Shown here: in pieces, positions 1 through 9,724 of the stretch | Numbering within the stretch: position 1 is the first letter of the stretch | Layout of the letters: every line of letters starts with the position of its first letter | Assembly: GCA_043780835.1 (NCBI GenBank) | Contig: JAYWCB010000009.1 | Location: forward strand, 1 to 61,081 | Reading direction: 5' to 3' | From: Minisyncoccota bacterium | Lineage (GTDB): Bacteria > Patescibacteriota > Minisyncoccia > Phycocordibacterales > UBA2100 | DNA length: 61,081 nt | The notes under the pieces: model-generated | Databases searched by the model: none | Seen by the model: the letters and a program-made list of their open reading frames with translations, nothing else | What the model was told of the DNA's origin: nothing | Translations under genes and position numbers: made by a program

Positions 1-1220
1 GCGCCATGTCCGATCATGCGACGATTCGTGCCGCCCATGCGACCTGTTTCGCCGACTGAGAACGGCGGAAAATTGTAGTGGAGCATAAAGCTCTTTTTCG
101 CCTCCTGGTATTCGATGGTGTCGATGAGTTGCGCATCACCGGGTCCGCCGAGCGTAAGTGCTGCAAGTACATGCGTTGCACCGCGATAGAAGAGGCCCGA
201 GCCGTGGACCACCGGGTGAAGTGTCGCAACTTCTGCATACAGCGGTCGAATTTCATCCAGCGCACGACCGTCGACACGCTTCCCTTCTTGAATGGCAAGT
301 TCATGCACGTACTCATCCATTTTATGTTCATAGAGCGCATCAATTTTTCCCGGTTGTGCATCGGGTAAGGTGGCAATAACGTGAGCCATCCAATCGGACT
401 TCAATCCGTTGAACGCTTCCTTGTCGAGTCGTCCATCATAAGTGGCGATTTTTGGCACCATGTATGATTTCCACATCGCCTCTATCACGCCGGCCATTTC
501 CGCATCCTCCGGCTTCACGAAATTGAATTTTTCCTTTCCGCGCTCGTCCACAATCGACTGTTGCCACGCCTGAATCTTTTCGATTTCTTCGCTCGCTTTT
601 GCAAGTGCGTGTTCGAGTGTGGCTTCGGATGCTTCATTTGCTCCGATTTCGATCATGTTGATGAGCTTGTCTTTGCCGCATGCGAGCAAGTCCATTCGCA
701 CGCCTTCTGCTTCACGCTCTTTGTAGCTTGGGTTTACGATAAACGTGCCGTCATCAGCGAGTTCGAGGCGCATCGCCGACACCGGACCGTTCCACGGAAT
801 ATTCGACGTGGCGATGGCCAGTGATGCGGCGTTTACCGCGAGCACATCGGTATCGTAGTCTTCAATTGAGAGTACGGTGATGATCACCTGCACATCGCGC
901 TTGAGTCCCTTGGGGAACAGTGGTCGAATCGTGCGGTCCACAATGCGGCCCGAAAGCACTGCTTCTTCAGACGGTCGGCCTTCGCGACGCATAAAGCGCG
1001 AGCCGAGGATTGCCCCCGCTGCATAGAACTTCTCCTCGTATTCCACCGAAAGTGGAAAGTAATCGAGATTGCTTTCCCGGCTACCCATGACCACGGTCGC
1101 GAGAACCGCGCTGTTTCCGTATCGTAAAAGCACCGAGCCGGATGCCTGATCCGCCCAATCATTAAATTCAGCTGTTAACGTTTGTCCCCCCACTTCGAGA
1201 GAATATATTTTCTTTTCCAT
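1..1220 (-). CDS. pnp: Polyribonucleotide nucleotidyltransferase (PNPase); 3' part runs off the window
   Basis: Hand translation from ATG at 1220: MEKKIYSLEVGGQTLTAEF..YFPLSVEYEEKFYAAG..RREGRPS..VHGSGLFYRG..FMLHYNFPPFSVGETGR..RRMIGHG. Absent from the ORF track because it has no stop in the window. Confidence 0.97.
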   Translation of the reverse strand, partial: MEKKIYSLEVGGQTLTAEFNDWADQASGSVLLRYGNSAVLATVVMGSRESNLDYFPLSVEYEEKFYAAGAILGSRFMRREGRPSEEAVLSGRIVDRTIRPLFPKGLKRDVQVIITVLSIEDYDTDVLAVNAASLAIATSNIPWNGPVSAMRLELADDGTFIVNPSYKEREAEGVRMDLLACGKDKLINMIEIGANEASEATLEHALAKASEEIEKIQAWQQSIVDERGKEKFNFVKPEDAEMAGVIEAMWKSYMVPKIATYDGRLDKEAFNGLKSDWMAHVIATLPDAQPGKIDALYEHKMDEYVHELAIQEGKRVDGRALDEIRPLYAEVATLHPVVHGSGLFYRGATHVLAALTLGGPGDAQLIDTIEYQEAKKSFMLHYNFPPFSVGETGRMGGTNRRMIGHG

Positions 1221-1363
1221 TTTCGGATCGATTATTGACCCTCAGATTTTAGTTCTCAAACCCAATGCCATGTATCGGCTTGAGAGCTACCTATCCAAGG
1301 GCCCTATTAATAGAGGCACTCTAACAGGAATCCACTCAGCGACCAAGGTGGATGGTCGTCGCG

Positions 1364-3073
1364 TTATTTCACGAAGAGTCGCGCTAACCGGATGTCTTCG
1401 AACGAGCGTTCACCCTTGAGGGCTTGATAAATCGGCGTGAGCGCGGTCAGTTTTTTCTTTTTTATAACGGAAACAATAGAAGCGAGCTCTATTTGCTTCG
1501 AGGACGAAAGCAGGTCGCTCAATGCTTCTATCGGGAGCGCCCCCTGTTGTTTCAATTGTTCGAGGTGTGAGACGATCGTGCCCGGTTTGAGACAGCGTTT
1601 GAGGGCGATGTCTTCGAGGGATAATTTCTGTAAGACAAGTTCCAACGTTGCCGCGTAGGTATCGACGCGATCGCCTTTGGCAACGTGCACGTGTGTGCCG
1701 GCCGGATCACCGCCGAGCGCACGTACGAATGTATCGGAGAATGTCGTGTGTTCGACCTCTTCCATTGCTTCAAATCGTTTTCTCGCTGACGCGGAGTTGA
1801 GTTTGAAATGCGTATCTTGTGCGGTGATATCAGGGTGCACCAACAGTGCTCGTTCGTTGTATCCGAGCAGATACAGTCCGGAAAGTTCGCGAACACGGGA
1901 GAGCGCAACGTATCCTTGGCCGTATTCAAACGCTCCCGAGAGATCCACCGCTGCTGAATCCAAGGTCAGTCCTTGGCTTTTATGTACGGTAATTGCCCAG
2001 GCCAGCCGTAACGGGAGCTGCGCTATACGGGCAAGAATCTTACCGCCGTCCGCAATTGACCACTCAGCAGGCTGTACGAGAATGGATCGGCCGGAGTTTG
2101 TTTTCACCACAGGCCCGGCATCGTTGAATTCAACCACTTCTCCGAGCGTTCCGTTTGCATACACGCCCTCGAGACTATTTTTTGTAAACATGACACGTGC
2201 ACCGATCTTGAGCACGAGTGTTTCCGGAGAAATACACCCACGTTTGAGTGCGTCAATCAGGTGTGCACTTCCCTTCGATACCATCTGGTATGTGTGCAGT
2301 TCATCTTCGATAACAGAAAGTCGATGCGTGTTTTCGCGATCAACATCAGCGTTATGCGAATAGAGTCGAGCGGAATGTTCCGGCACGTCTTCGAGATCGG
2401 TAGCCCGCGACGACAAAAGTTCGTGGTGACTATCATCAATTTTTCCGCGTCGAATTGCCGTCAGGAGCGCAAGAAACGGTGCGTCGTTTTGCCGGTGTTG
2501 TTCAGACAGATAGCAGACGATCGGATTTGCCGCGTTCCATGCGGGTGACGCATACGAAAACGAAACGGTGCGCTTTTTTTGTTCCCGGGGTGATCCGCCC
2601 ATCTCTATCGTGGCGATCTCCGGCTGTTCGTTTTTTGTAACCGGCGGTAATTGGTAGAAGTCACCCACAAAAACCACCTGCATGCCGCCCCAGGGTTTCT
2701 CGGTGCGCTTGAGTGCACGAATCGCGCGCTCAGCCATGGAGAGCGTGCGTGCATCGATCATCGAAATCTCGTCGATGATGAGCACACTCGACGCCGCCGC
2801 ACGCTTCACGAGGCGCTCTCGTGAGGTGATCTCATCGAGATCGTATTCGGTGAGATCGCGCTTCACACCGATGCCCGTCCACGCATGGATTGTCATACCG
2901 CCCACGTGTGTAGCAGCGATCCCGGTGGATGCAGTAATCGCCGGTTCGATGCCGCGCTCACGCAGCCATTTCACATATGTATTGATGGTGTGCGTCTTTC
3001 CGCTGCCGGGCTCACCGGTGAGAAACACGTTCGCGCCGGTCTGTAATGCTTTGAGCGCAGTATCTTGCTTCAT
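1364..3073 (-). CDS. PIF1/RecD-like SF1B helicase with C-terminal helix-turn-helix
   Basis: Walker A GEPGSGKT, IIDEISM, GDFYQLPPV, QHRQ, AWAITVHKSQGLTL, GQGYVALSRV; C-terminal TLEL..SLEDIA..R.L..GTIVSHL. Start placed at ATG 3073 (ORF track extends to 3115). Confidence 0.9.
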   Translation of the reverse strand: MKQDTALKALQTGANVFLTGEPGSGKTHTINTYVKWLRERGIEPAITASTGIAATHVGGMTIHAWTGIGVKRDLTEYDLDEITSRERLVKRAAASSVLIIDEISMIDARTLSMAERAIRALKRTEKPWGGMQVVFVGDFYQLPPVTKNEQPEIATIEMGGSPREQKKRTVSFSYASPAWNAANPIVCYLSEQHRQNDAPFLALLTAIRRGKIDDSHHELLSSRATDLEDVPEHSARLYSHNADVDRENTHRLSVIEDELHTYQMVSKGSAHLIDALKRGCISPETLVLKIGARVMFTKNSLEGVYANGTLGEVVEFNDAGPVVKTNSGRSILVQPAEWSIADGGKILARIAQLPLRLAWAITVHKSQGLTLDSAAVDLSGAFEYGQGYVALSRVRELSGLYLLGYNERALLVHPDITAQDTHFKLNSASARKRFEAMEEVEHTTFSDTFVRALGGDPAGTHVHVAKGDRVDTYAATLELVLQKLSLEDIALKRCLKPGTIVSHLEQLKQQGALPIEALSDLLSSSKQIELASIVSVIKKKKLTALTPIYQALKGERSFEDIRLARLFVK

Positions 3074-3099
3074 GCGCTGCAGTGTAGCAAACACCGTTA

Positions 3100-3849
3100 C
3101 TACCCTTTCGCCCACACGATATTGAAGATGCTGCGAAGCGCATCGGCAGTCGCTTTGTCGTCGATGATTGTCGCCACAATGTTCTTGGAATCGGTTATGC
3201 GCACAAACATCTCCGCGATCTCGATTGAGAGATGATTTTCCTGTGCATATTCACCCACTCGCTGTACTTGAATGTGTCTGCCCTCCGCAGCGAACTGCTT
3301 GAATTCCGGAAAATCGCCAATGTCGGTGTCGGGAGTAACAATCTTAAACGAAATATCCTTCTCAACGCAGGCGGGTGTCCATGAACGGAAAAGTGCACGC
3401 ACGCTCTCCTCGGCATCCTCTGACCCGCCGTAAAAGGAATGGAAGGTCTTCCCTTTCATCGAATCGATCTTATAGTCCTGCGCTTCGGTAAAGCCCTTGA
3501 TGCCACTATAAAAATACACTTTTGGCTTCCCCGCGCCGCCCAAGCTCATAAGGCGCGGGATCATTGCCTGCACTGCGTTCAGCTTTCCCTTTTGTTCCGA
3601 GAGGTATTCCGAGAGGTCTTTGGCGGCGTAGATTGCCTTTTTTGCATGCGGAACCTTGAGCACGAGTCCTTTTTTGCGCAGGTCTTCGAGAATTATATAG
3701 ACGGTCGGCTTCTTTACATCGCAGTGCAGTGCAATTTCGTAGGCGGTAGAGCTCTCGAGGCTCAAAAGCGCAACGTACACCTTCGCCTCTTTTTCGGTAA
3801 ATCCGATCTGTTCGAGGTTTTTTGCAATATCTTCCTGCGGCTTTGCCAT
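3100..3849 (-). CDS. TrmB-family transcriptional regulator (N-terminal wHTH)
   Basis: LEQIGFTEKEAKVYVALL..TAYEIA..VKKPTVYIILEDLRKKGLV; V.FYSG..G at the start of the C-terminal domain. Confidence 0.85.
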   Translation of the reverse strand: MAKPQEDIAKNLEQIGFTEKEAKVYVALLSLESSTAYEIALHCDVKKPTVYIILEDLRKKGLVLKVPHAKKAIYAAKDLSEYLSEQKGKLNAVQAMIPRLMSLGGAGKPKVYFYSGIKGFTEAQDYKIDSMKGKTFHSFYGGSEDAEESVRALFRSWTPACVEKDISFKIVTPDTDIGDFPEFKQFAAEGRHIQVQRVGEYAQENHLSIEIAEMFVRITDSKNIVATIIDDKATADALRSIFNIVWAKG

Positions 3850-4034
3850 AGATACATGATATGCAGAAATTATATATAGTCAACATTTCTGACTACTATC
3901 TATATTGTAGCTGTAAATATACATTTTCCGGACAAAAAAGAACGTGCATTTTGACTAAACTTGCCAAAGCGACAATAATGTTGCCAGGTAAAGAGATGAA
4001 ACCGGCCTACAGGCCAACCACAGGAGACTACCCA

Positions 4035-4706
4035 ATGCGTATCCTTGTCATCGACGACTCTATGACTCATCGCAAGGCTGCCGAGATCCTACTGAAGGAT
4101 CATGATGCAACTATCGTAGCGACCTATGATGAGGCGCAAAAACTGCTCACAAAACAAATCGACTGGGAAAAGCTGAGTTCACAAATGATCGTGGAGGGGC
4201 TTTCAGACGAGTCACCCCGTGATGCAACCTGGAATGCTGCGTATGAGCGTGCAAAAGAGGATGCAACTACGCGTCCGAACTTCGATGCGGTGTTGTGTGA
4301 CCTGCTACTGCCTGCATCAGAACAGGCGCAAGGAAAAAAGGGCCGGGTGCATGTGGGGACAGAAATGCCTCTCGGAACAACCCTTGCATTTCTTGCCCTC
4401 GCTGCAGGTATCAAGCGCGTGGCTGTGGTTACCGATACAAATCACCACAATCATCCGGCTTCGGCCGCGTTTGATCACTTCAAGGGCGCATTCTCTGCCG
4501 GAGATGTACGAGTTTTCTGTACCAACAGGAGTGAGTACCTGGCACCAATGGATGAGCGTACGTTCGAGATTTTCAGTTGGGATTTCTATCGGACCCGCGA
4601 GTTTGAAGAACGATTTCCATACAACGAAGAGACCAAGGAGTGCACGGGAATCCAGACGATCAAAAATTGGCAAAAAGTACTAGATCAGCTCATCGGAGCG
4701 AATTGA
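4035..4706 (+). CDS. Stand-alone receiver (REC)-like protein with insertions
   Basis: MRILVIDD, FDAVLCDLLLP, VAVVT, late Lys (IKNW); SD-like CAGGAG at 4021-4026 before ATG 4035. Confidence 0.65.
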   Translation: MRILVIDDSMTHRKAAEILLKDHDATIVATYDEAQKLLTKQIDWEKLSSQMIVEGLSDESPRDATWNAAYERAKEDATTRPNFDAVLCDLLLPASEQAQGKKGRVHVGTEMPLGTTLAFLALAAGIKRVAVVTDTNHHNHPASAAFDHFKGAFSAGDVRVFCTNRSEYLAPMDERTFEIFSWDFYRTREFEERFPYNEETKECTGIQTIKNWQKVLDQLIGAN

Positions 4707-4827
4707 GATCCACTTGGCAACAGAAACAACACCCCATGCTCTTTCCGGAGAAGTTACGACTTCTCCGTTCGACTGAACTCGCAAACGCGTTGTGGGTTCT
4801 GAGAATAACTAACAAAACATAAAAAAT

Positions 4828-6054
4828 ATGGAATTAGCAAAACAATATAACAATGTTGCTGATGCGTTTACTGAGAGCATCGTGGTCGGTAATGCGGAAA
4901 GCCGACGAATATTTTACTCGTATCTGGACAACATATTGCGTGGAAAGGTAGTACTCGACCTCGCGTGTGGCGACGGAGCCGATATGACTCATTACGAAAG
5001 TCTGGGGGCAACGGTGTACGGTATCGATGCGTCGGAAGAATTGATTGCAAAAGCAAAAGCACGATTACCGAATGCCGATATTCGCGTCGGTGAGTTTGAA
5101 AAGCTTCCCTTTAAGGACGGATCGTTTGATGTGGTCCTTTCAAAGTATGCGATACAAACCGCTTTACATATCGCGCCGTGCCTCGATGAGATACATCGCG
5201 TCCTTAAGCCCGGCGGCGTGCTTGTGTACCTGGTCACGCATCCGTTTCGACAGTATTTCGAGAAACGCGAGCGTAGAGCCGATTATTTTGAGCAAAAGAT
5301 TGTGAAGTCAACATTCTTTGACGGCTTGGTAACCGTGCAGGAGCCGACACATACAATAAATGAATACTTGAGTCCGAAGTTCTTAACTGAGTTCGATGTT
5401 ATTGGTTTTGGAGAATATTGGGATGTTGAAGCAGAACAAGTGGATGGGAAGAAGTATCCCGGATACTTTATTCTGAAGGCAGTTAAACGGACCTCGTCTC
5501 CGGCAAAGCATAATATTAAACTTGCGATATTTGGTTCCGCGAGTGATGAAATGTCGATAGAGCAGCGCGAGATTGCGGCACGACTCGGTTGGTATTTAGC
5601 AGAACTCGGCGTTACGGTCGTATCCGGTGCATGTCGTGGTATGCCGGGAGTGGTAATCGAATCAGCACACCGCCATGGTGCAAAAACTGTCGCGTACTCA
5701 CCGGACAGCGACGAACAGAATCATCACGCACGCATGGATAATCTTGAATTGAGCCACTTTACCGAACATAACTTTGTGCCAGGATTCACGGCGAGGAGCC
5801 TGGCAATGCTCAATAGCGTCGATGGGGTGCTGGTACTCAATGGTCGTATGGGCACGCTCTCTGAATACGCAATTGCGCTCGAAGAAGGCCTTCCTGCAGC
5901 AGTAGTAACCTCGACCGGCGGGATAGCCAAACACCTTGAGGTGATTACGAAGCAATGCGAGAAAACGTTTGTTCGTGAGCCAATTTTCGAACCTGATTAC
6001 AAAGTGGCAGTGGACACGCTCATTGCGGGGATTCTTTCGTCGCGCGACAAGTAA
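4828..6054 (+). CDS. Class I SAM methyltransferase fused to a SLOG (LOG/TIGR00725-like) domain
   Basis: VLDLACGDG, GIDASEELI, LPFKDGSFDVV in the N-half; IFGSA, VVSGACRGMP, DGVLVLNGRMGTLSEY in the C-half. Confidence 0.8.
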   Translation: MELAKQYNNVADAFTESIVVGNAESRRIFYSYLDNILRGKVVLDLACGDGADMTHYESLGATVYGIDASEELIAKAKARLPNADIRVGEFEKLPFKDGSFDVVLSKYAIQTALHIAPCLDEIHRVLKPGGVLVYLVTHPFRQYFEKRERRADYFEQKIVKSTFFDGLVTVQEPTHTINEYLSPKFLTEFDVIGFGEYWDVEAEQVDGKKYPGYFILKAVKRTSSPAKHNIKLAIFGSASDEMSIEQREIAARLGWYLAELGVTVVSGACRGMPGVVIESAHRHGAKTVAYSPDSDEQNHHARMDNLELSHFTEHNFVPGFTARSLAMLNSVDGVLVLNGRMGTLSEYAIALEEGLPAAVVTSTGGIAKHLEVITKQCEKTFVREPIFEPDYKVAVDTLIAGILSSRDK

Positions 6055-6079
6055 AAAGCCCCGACGATGCCGGGGCTTT
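6055..6079. terminator. Bidirectional intrinsic terminator
   Basis: AAAGCCCCG-loop-CGGGGCTTT between convergent genes. Confidence 0.75.
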
Positions 6080-6092
6080 CACTTTTGATTAT

Positions 6093-6710
6093 TTATTCCA
6101 CACCGGTTGCTCCGGCGATGTCTTCGATGATTTTTTGCACATCGGCATCTGAGGAATTTTCCGGCGCATCCATTTTTCCAATAGCGCGCCGTGCGCCGCC
6201 TCGATAGTTAATGAGATAACGGCGAGGATCTTCATCGAGGTCGAGAAAGTGATCTGCAGCCGCTTTCAGCATACTCGAGGTTGAGCGGCCAAACGACGCG
6301 ACTTCAACTTGGCATCCCCCATGAACCTGGAGGTACTTAACCAACGGCACGAAGTCTCCGTCACCGGTAAAGAGGATCACCGTGTCGAGTTTCGGTGACA
6401 TAGTGATCGCGTCAACCGCCATACCAACGTCCCAGTCTGCTTTTTTTGCACCGCCAAAGAAAACCTGGAGGTCTTTTGTAGTCGTTTCGATGCCTATTTT
6501 GCCGAGGGCTTCAAAAAAGCCTTTCTCCTCGCCGCTTTCAGTCGTAACCACATAGGCGCGAGCACGAATGAGGCGACGGCCTGCAACAGAGTCCTTGAGG
6601 ACATTGCCGAAGTTTACGCGTGAATGATAAATGTTCTTTGCGCTGTGATAGAGATTCTGTGTATCGATGAAAACGCCAACGCGCTGCTCAGGATGTTTAA
6701 TGATTGCCAT
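6093..6710 (-). CDS. NYN (LabA/DUF88, PIN-like) domain protein
   Basis: GVFIDTQNL, KADWDVGMAVDA, LFTGDGDFVPLV; start at MAIIKHP. Confidence 0.9.
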   Translation of the reverse strand: MAIIKHPEQRVGVFIDTQNLYHSAKNIYHSRVNFGNVLKDSVAGRRLIRARAYVVTTESGEEKGFFEALGKIGIETTTKDLQVFFGGAKKADWDVGMAVDAITMSPKLDTVILFTGDGDFVPLVKYLQVHGGCQVEVASFGRSTSSMLKAAADHFLDLDEDPRRYLINYRGGARRAIGKMDAPENSSDADVQKIIEDIAGATGVE

Positions 6711-6845
6711 AGAAATAAAACAAATTGTAAAAAGGTTCAAAACAATCGAACCAAACGTCGAAAATACCTCTGAAAATCTTTGTGGAGTCCCGTAAAGGGA
6801 GATGTCGGCTAAAAATGATGCGCGGCGTATGCGGCGCAATCGACC

Positions 6846-7112
6846 TTACTTTTTCAGGCCGAGCTTCTTCACGAGCGTGCCGTAAGCGCGCTTGTTGTTT
6901 TCTTCCAAGTATTTCAAATGTTTACGGCGATCGGCAACGAGACCCAACAGTCCGCGTCGTGAGTGCTTGTCTTTGTTATTTTTGCTCAAATGAGCAGAAA
7001 GCTCCTCGATTCGGCGTGTCAAAATCGCGATCTGCACCTCAGGAGACCCTGTATCGGTGTCGTGACGCTTCGTCTTTGAGATTTCATTGGCCTTCTTTCG
7101 CTTCGTAAGCAT
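6846..7112 (-). CDS. rpsO: 30S ribosomal protein S15
   Basis: DTGSPEVQIAILT..HL..DKHSRRGLL..RRKHLKYL. Confidence 0.98.
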   Translation of the reverse strand: MLTKRKKANEISKTKRHDTDTGSPEVQIAILTRRIEELSAHLSKNNKDKHSRRGLLGLVADRRKHLKYLEENNKRAYGTLVKKLGLKK

Positions 7113-7211
7113 GAAAGCGAGGATAGCATATTAAATGGCTTAATGCAAGGCCCCCGCGGCTAAACGCCGCGGGGGCCTCAGGAGTCATTTTATGGCCGAA
7201 AGGGCCGCTTT

Positions 7212-7733
7212 TTACTTCGCTTTTGCGGCGGGAGCCGGCTTCACATCAACAAGCTGTACCTCGAATACGATTGTTGAGTTTGCAGGGATGATAACCGCGC
7301 CAGTCTGGGGGTTGGTCACCGGCTTGTTGCCGTACGCGAGCGCAGGCGGAACTGCCATAACGCGCTGACCGCCGATTTTCATACCGTTTACCCCGATCTG
7401 GAAGCCAGGGATCATGTCCTGGGAGCCAAGTACGAATGTGAGCGGCTGATTACCGTGTGCCTGTGAGCTATCAAAAACTGTACCGTCGGTCAATTTGCCG
7501 ACATACAGCACTGAAACCTGTGATCCTGGTGTCGCGACTGCGCCGGTACCGATTTTAACTTCCTGAGCCTGCACCTGATCAGTGCTCGACGCGTTCGCGG
7601 TTGTGGCTGTCGGTTGTGGCACTGCCGCGGCGGTTGCAGGTGCATCACCCTTCATAAATTTGTATGTTGCAAATCCTCCGAGGAGGACAACGAGGACGAC
7701 AATAACCCAAATAATAGTGTTGCGTGTGTTCAT
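7212..7733 (-). CDS. FKBP-type peptidyl-prolyl isomerase with N-terminal membrane anchor
   Basis: VSVLYVGKL.DG.VFDSS, MIPGFQIG..GMKIGG.R..VPPALAYG, IPANSTIVFEVQL; hydrophobic N-terminus. Confidence 0.92.
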   Translation of the reverse strand: MNTRNTIIWVIVVLVVLLGGFATYKFMKGDAPATAAAVPQPTATTANASSTDQVQAQEVKIGTGAVATPGSQVSVLYVGKLTDGTVFDSSQAHGNQPLTFVLGSQDMIPGFQIGVNGMKIGGQRVMAVPPALAYGNKPVTNPQTGAVIIPANSTIVFEVQLVDVKPAPAAKAK

Positions 7734-7832
7734 ATCGCCACAGGATACCGCGTGAGCCATATCGCGCAAGGAAAAAAGACTAAAAAAACCTTGATAAAGC
7801 AGACGAAAAACGCGAAAGCGTATACTGCGTCT

Positions 7833-8987
7833 ATGGAGCCGCTTGCTTCCCAGATCCGCCCAAAGACACTTCCGGAGTTTGTAGGGCAAGAGCATTTGAC
7901 CGGCAAGGGTAAGCCACTGCGAGTCGCAATCGAGAAAAAGGAATTATTCTCGTTCATTTTGTGGGGCCCGCCGGGCAGCGGCAAAACCACGCTTGCGCGG
8001 ATTTACGCGATGGCGCTCGACGCACAATTCCACGAAATCTCCGCAGTAGAGGCGGGAAAAGAAGATATTCGGCGCGTACTGCCTACAAAAGGCGCGCTCT
8101 TAAAAAATAAGCCGGTCATTTTGTTTGTCGACGAAATCCATCGTTTTAATAAAGCGCAGCAGGATTTCCTGCTCCCCTTTGTGGAGCGTGGAGACATTAC
8201 CCTCATTGGTGCAACGACCGAAAACCCAAGCTTTGAAATTATTTCTCCTCTGCTCTCGCGTGCACGAGTATTCGACTTGCACGAACACAGTGACAAAGAA
8301 ATGGAGAAAATCCTCGCGCGAACAAAAGTAAACATGCCGAAAGACGCGCGTGACTGGCTCGTGCAAATGGCAGCTGGTGACGCGCGACAAGCAATCACTG
8401 CCCTCGAAACCGCAGAGAAGTTGTACGGCGATATCACGATTGATTCGCTGAAAGAAGCGATTCAATCCACCCACATACGCTACGACAAAAAAGGTGACGA
8501 GCATTACAACACTATCTCGGCCTTTATTAAATCCATGCGGGCCTCGCAACCGGATGCGGCTCTCTACTATTTGGCGCGGATGGTAGAAGCCGGAGAAGAT
8601 CCGAAATTCATTGCGCGACGGATGGTGATTTTCGCCAGCGAAGACATTGGTCTCGCGCAGCCGACCGCACTCGTGGTTGCAAACGCGGTGTTCGAAGCGG
8701 TAAATAAAATCGGCTATCCGGAGGCCACGATCAATCTTGCGCACGGCGTCGCATATCTCGCGCAATGCAAAAAAGATCGACGCTCATATGTCGCGATCTT
8801 TGCCGCGCTCGAAGATGTAAAAAAACTTGGTGCACTCCCCATCCCGATGCGTGTGCGCAATGCCCCGACGAAATTGATGAAAGATCTGGGGTATCACAAA
8901 GGGTATAAGCTCTACGATCAGGAATCGTACCTGCCCGACAAGCTTAAAAAGAAAAAGTATCTGGACGACGGGCCCGAGGCACACTAA
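7833..8987 (+). CDS. rarA: Replication-associated recombination protein A (RarA/MgsA)
   Basis: PLASQIRPKTL.EFVGQ, WGPPGSGKT, LFVDEIHRFNKAQQD, IGATTENPSF, ISAFIKSMRAS. Confidence 0.95.
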   Translation: MEPLASQIRPKTLPEFVGQEHLTGKGKPLRVAIEKKELFSFILWGPPGSGKTTLARIYAMALDAQFHEISAVEAGKEDIRRVLPTKGALLKNKPVILFVDEIHRFNKAQQDFLLPFVERGDITLIGATTENPSFEIISPLLSRARVFDLHEHSDKEMEKILARTKVNMPKDARDWLVQMAAGDARQAITALETAEKLYGDITIDSLKEAIQSTHIRYDKKGDEHYNTISAFIKSMRASQPDAALYYLARMVEAGEDPKFIARRMVIFASEDIGLAQPTALVVANAVFEAVNKIGYPEATINLAHGVAYLAQCKKDRRSYVAIFAALEDVKKLGALPIPMRVRNAPTKLMKDLGYHKGYKLYDQESYLPDKLKKKKYLDDGPEAH

Positions 8988-9676
8988 ATTGCTTTGAGAA
9001 AAGCCTCAAATGAGTTTGTCATCACGGTGCTTTTGAATCGTTCGATATCGTCGCGCACAATCGTGTAGTCGGCTTTCTGCACGGCCGCATCAGTTCGTGC
9101 GTCATGCTGTAAGAACGGATAGGCAAATACGGTGATCGGTTTTCCGATTTCATGCTCGATGTCGGCCTTGTCCCCGCCTACTTCGTTGAAGAGCTGTGCA
9201 TCGGAGAGGGATTTCAGGTGAGCGTGCGTCTTTGAATGTCCACCAATTTCCATTCCTGCGCTCGCAATCGTGCGCACGTCTGCCCAGCTCATGTGTGCAT
9301 TGTCCCCCAGAAGTTCGCTTGTGATAAAGAACGTTGCCGGAATCCTTCGTGCAGTAAAGAGCGGCAATACCTGCACCTGTCCAGGGAGCGCATCATCGAA
9401 GCTGAGGATGACCGGGTGATCCGGTAGTTTGTTATGTGCATGGAGCGTCTCTGCGACCGCAAACGTGAGCGGTGTGTACCCTTTTGATTTCAAATAGTCG
9501 AGCTCCTTCGAGAGAAGCGGTGCTTCAACGGTGTATCCATCAGCTGGCCGCGTACTGCTCGCAATGTCGTGATAGATAAGTACGGGGATAATGTGTTTGC
9601 GCGGCCACACCGTAAAGCCAATCAATATGAAAACAATCCCAAGTAATGCGTACGGGTACCGCCACACAGATGTCAT
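8984..9676 (-). CDS. Polysaccharide deacetylase (CE4/NodB), membrane-anchored
   Basis: IPVLIYH, ILSFDDA, ATFFI, EIGGHSKTHAHL, FAYPF. Confidence 0.88.
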   Translation of the reverse strand: MTSVWRYPYALLGIVFILIGFTVWPRKHIIPVLIYHDIASSTRPADGYTVEAPLLSKELDYLKSKGYTPLTFAVAETLHAHNKLPDHPVILSFDDALPGQVQVLPLFTARRIPATFFITSELLGDNAHMSWADVRTIASAGMEIGGHSKTHAHLKSLSDAQLFNEVGGDKADIEHEIGKPITVFAYPFLQHDARTDAAVQKADYTIVRDDIERFKSTVMTNSFEAFLKAI

Positions 9677-9724
9677 CCGGAAAGTATACAGTCTCGATAT
9701 TGTGCGACGTGTAATACTATATAC

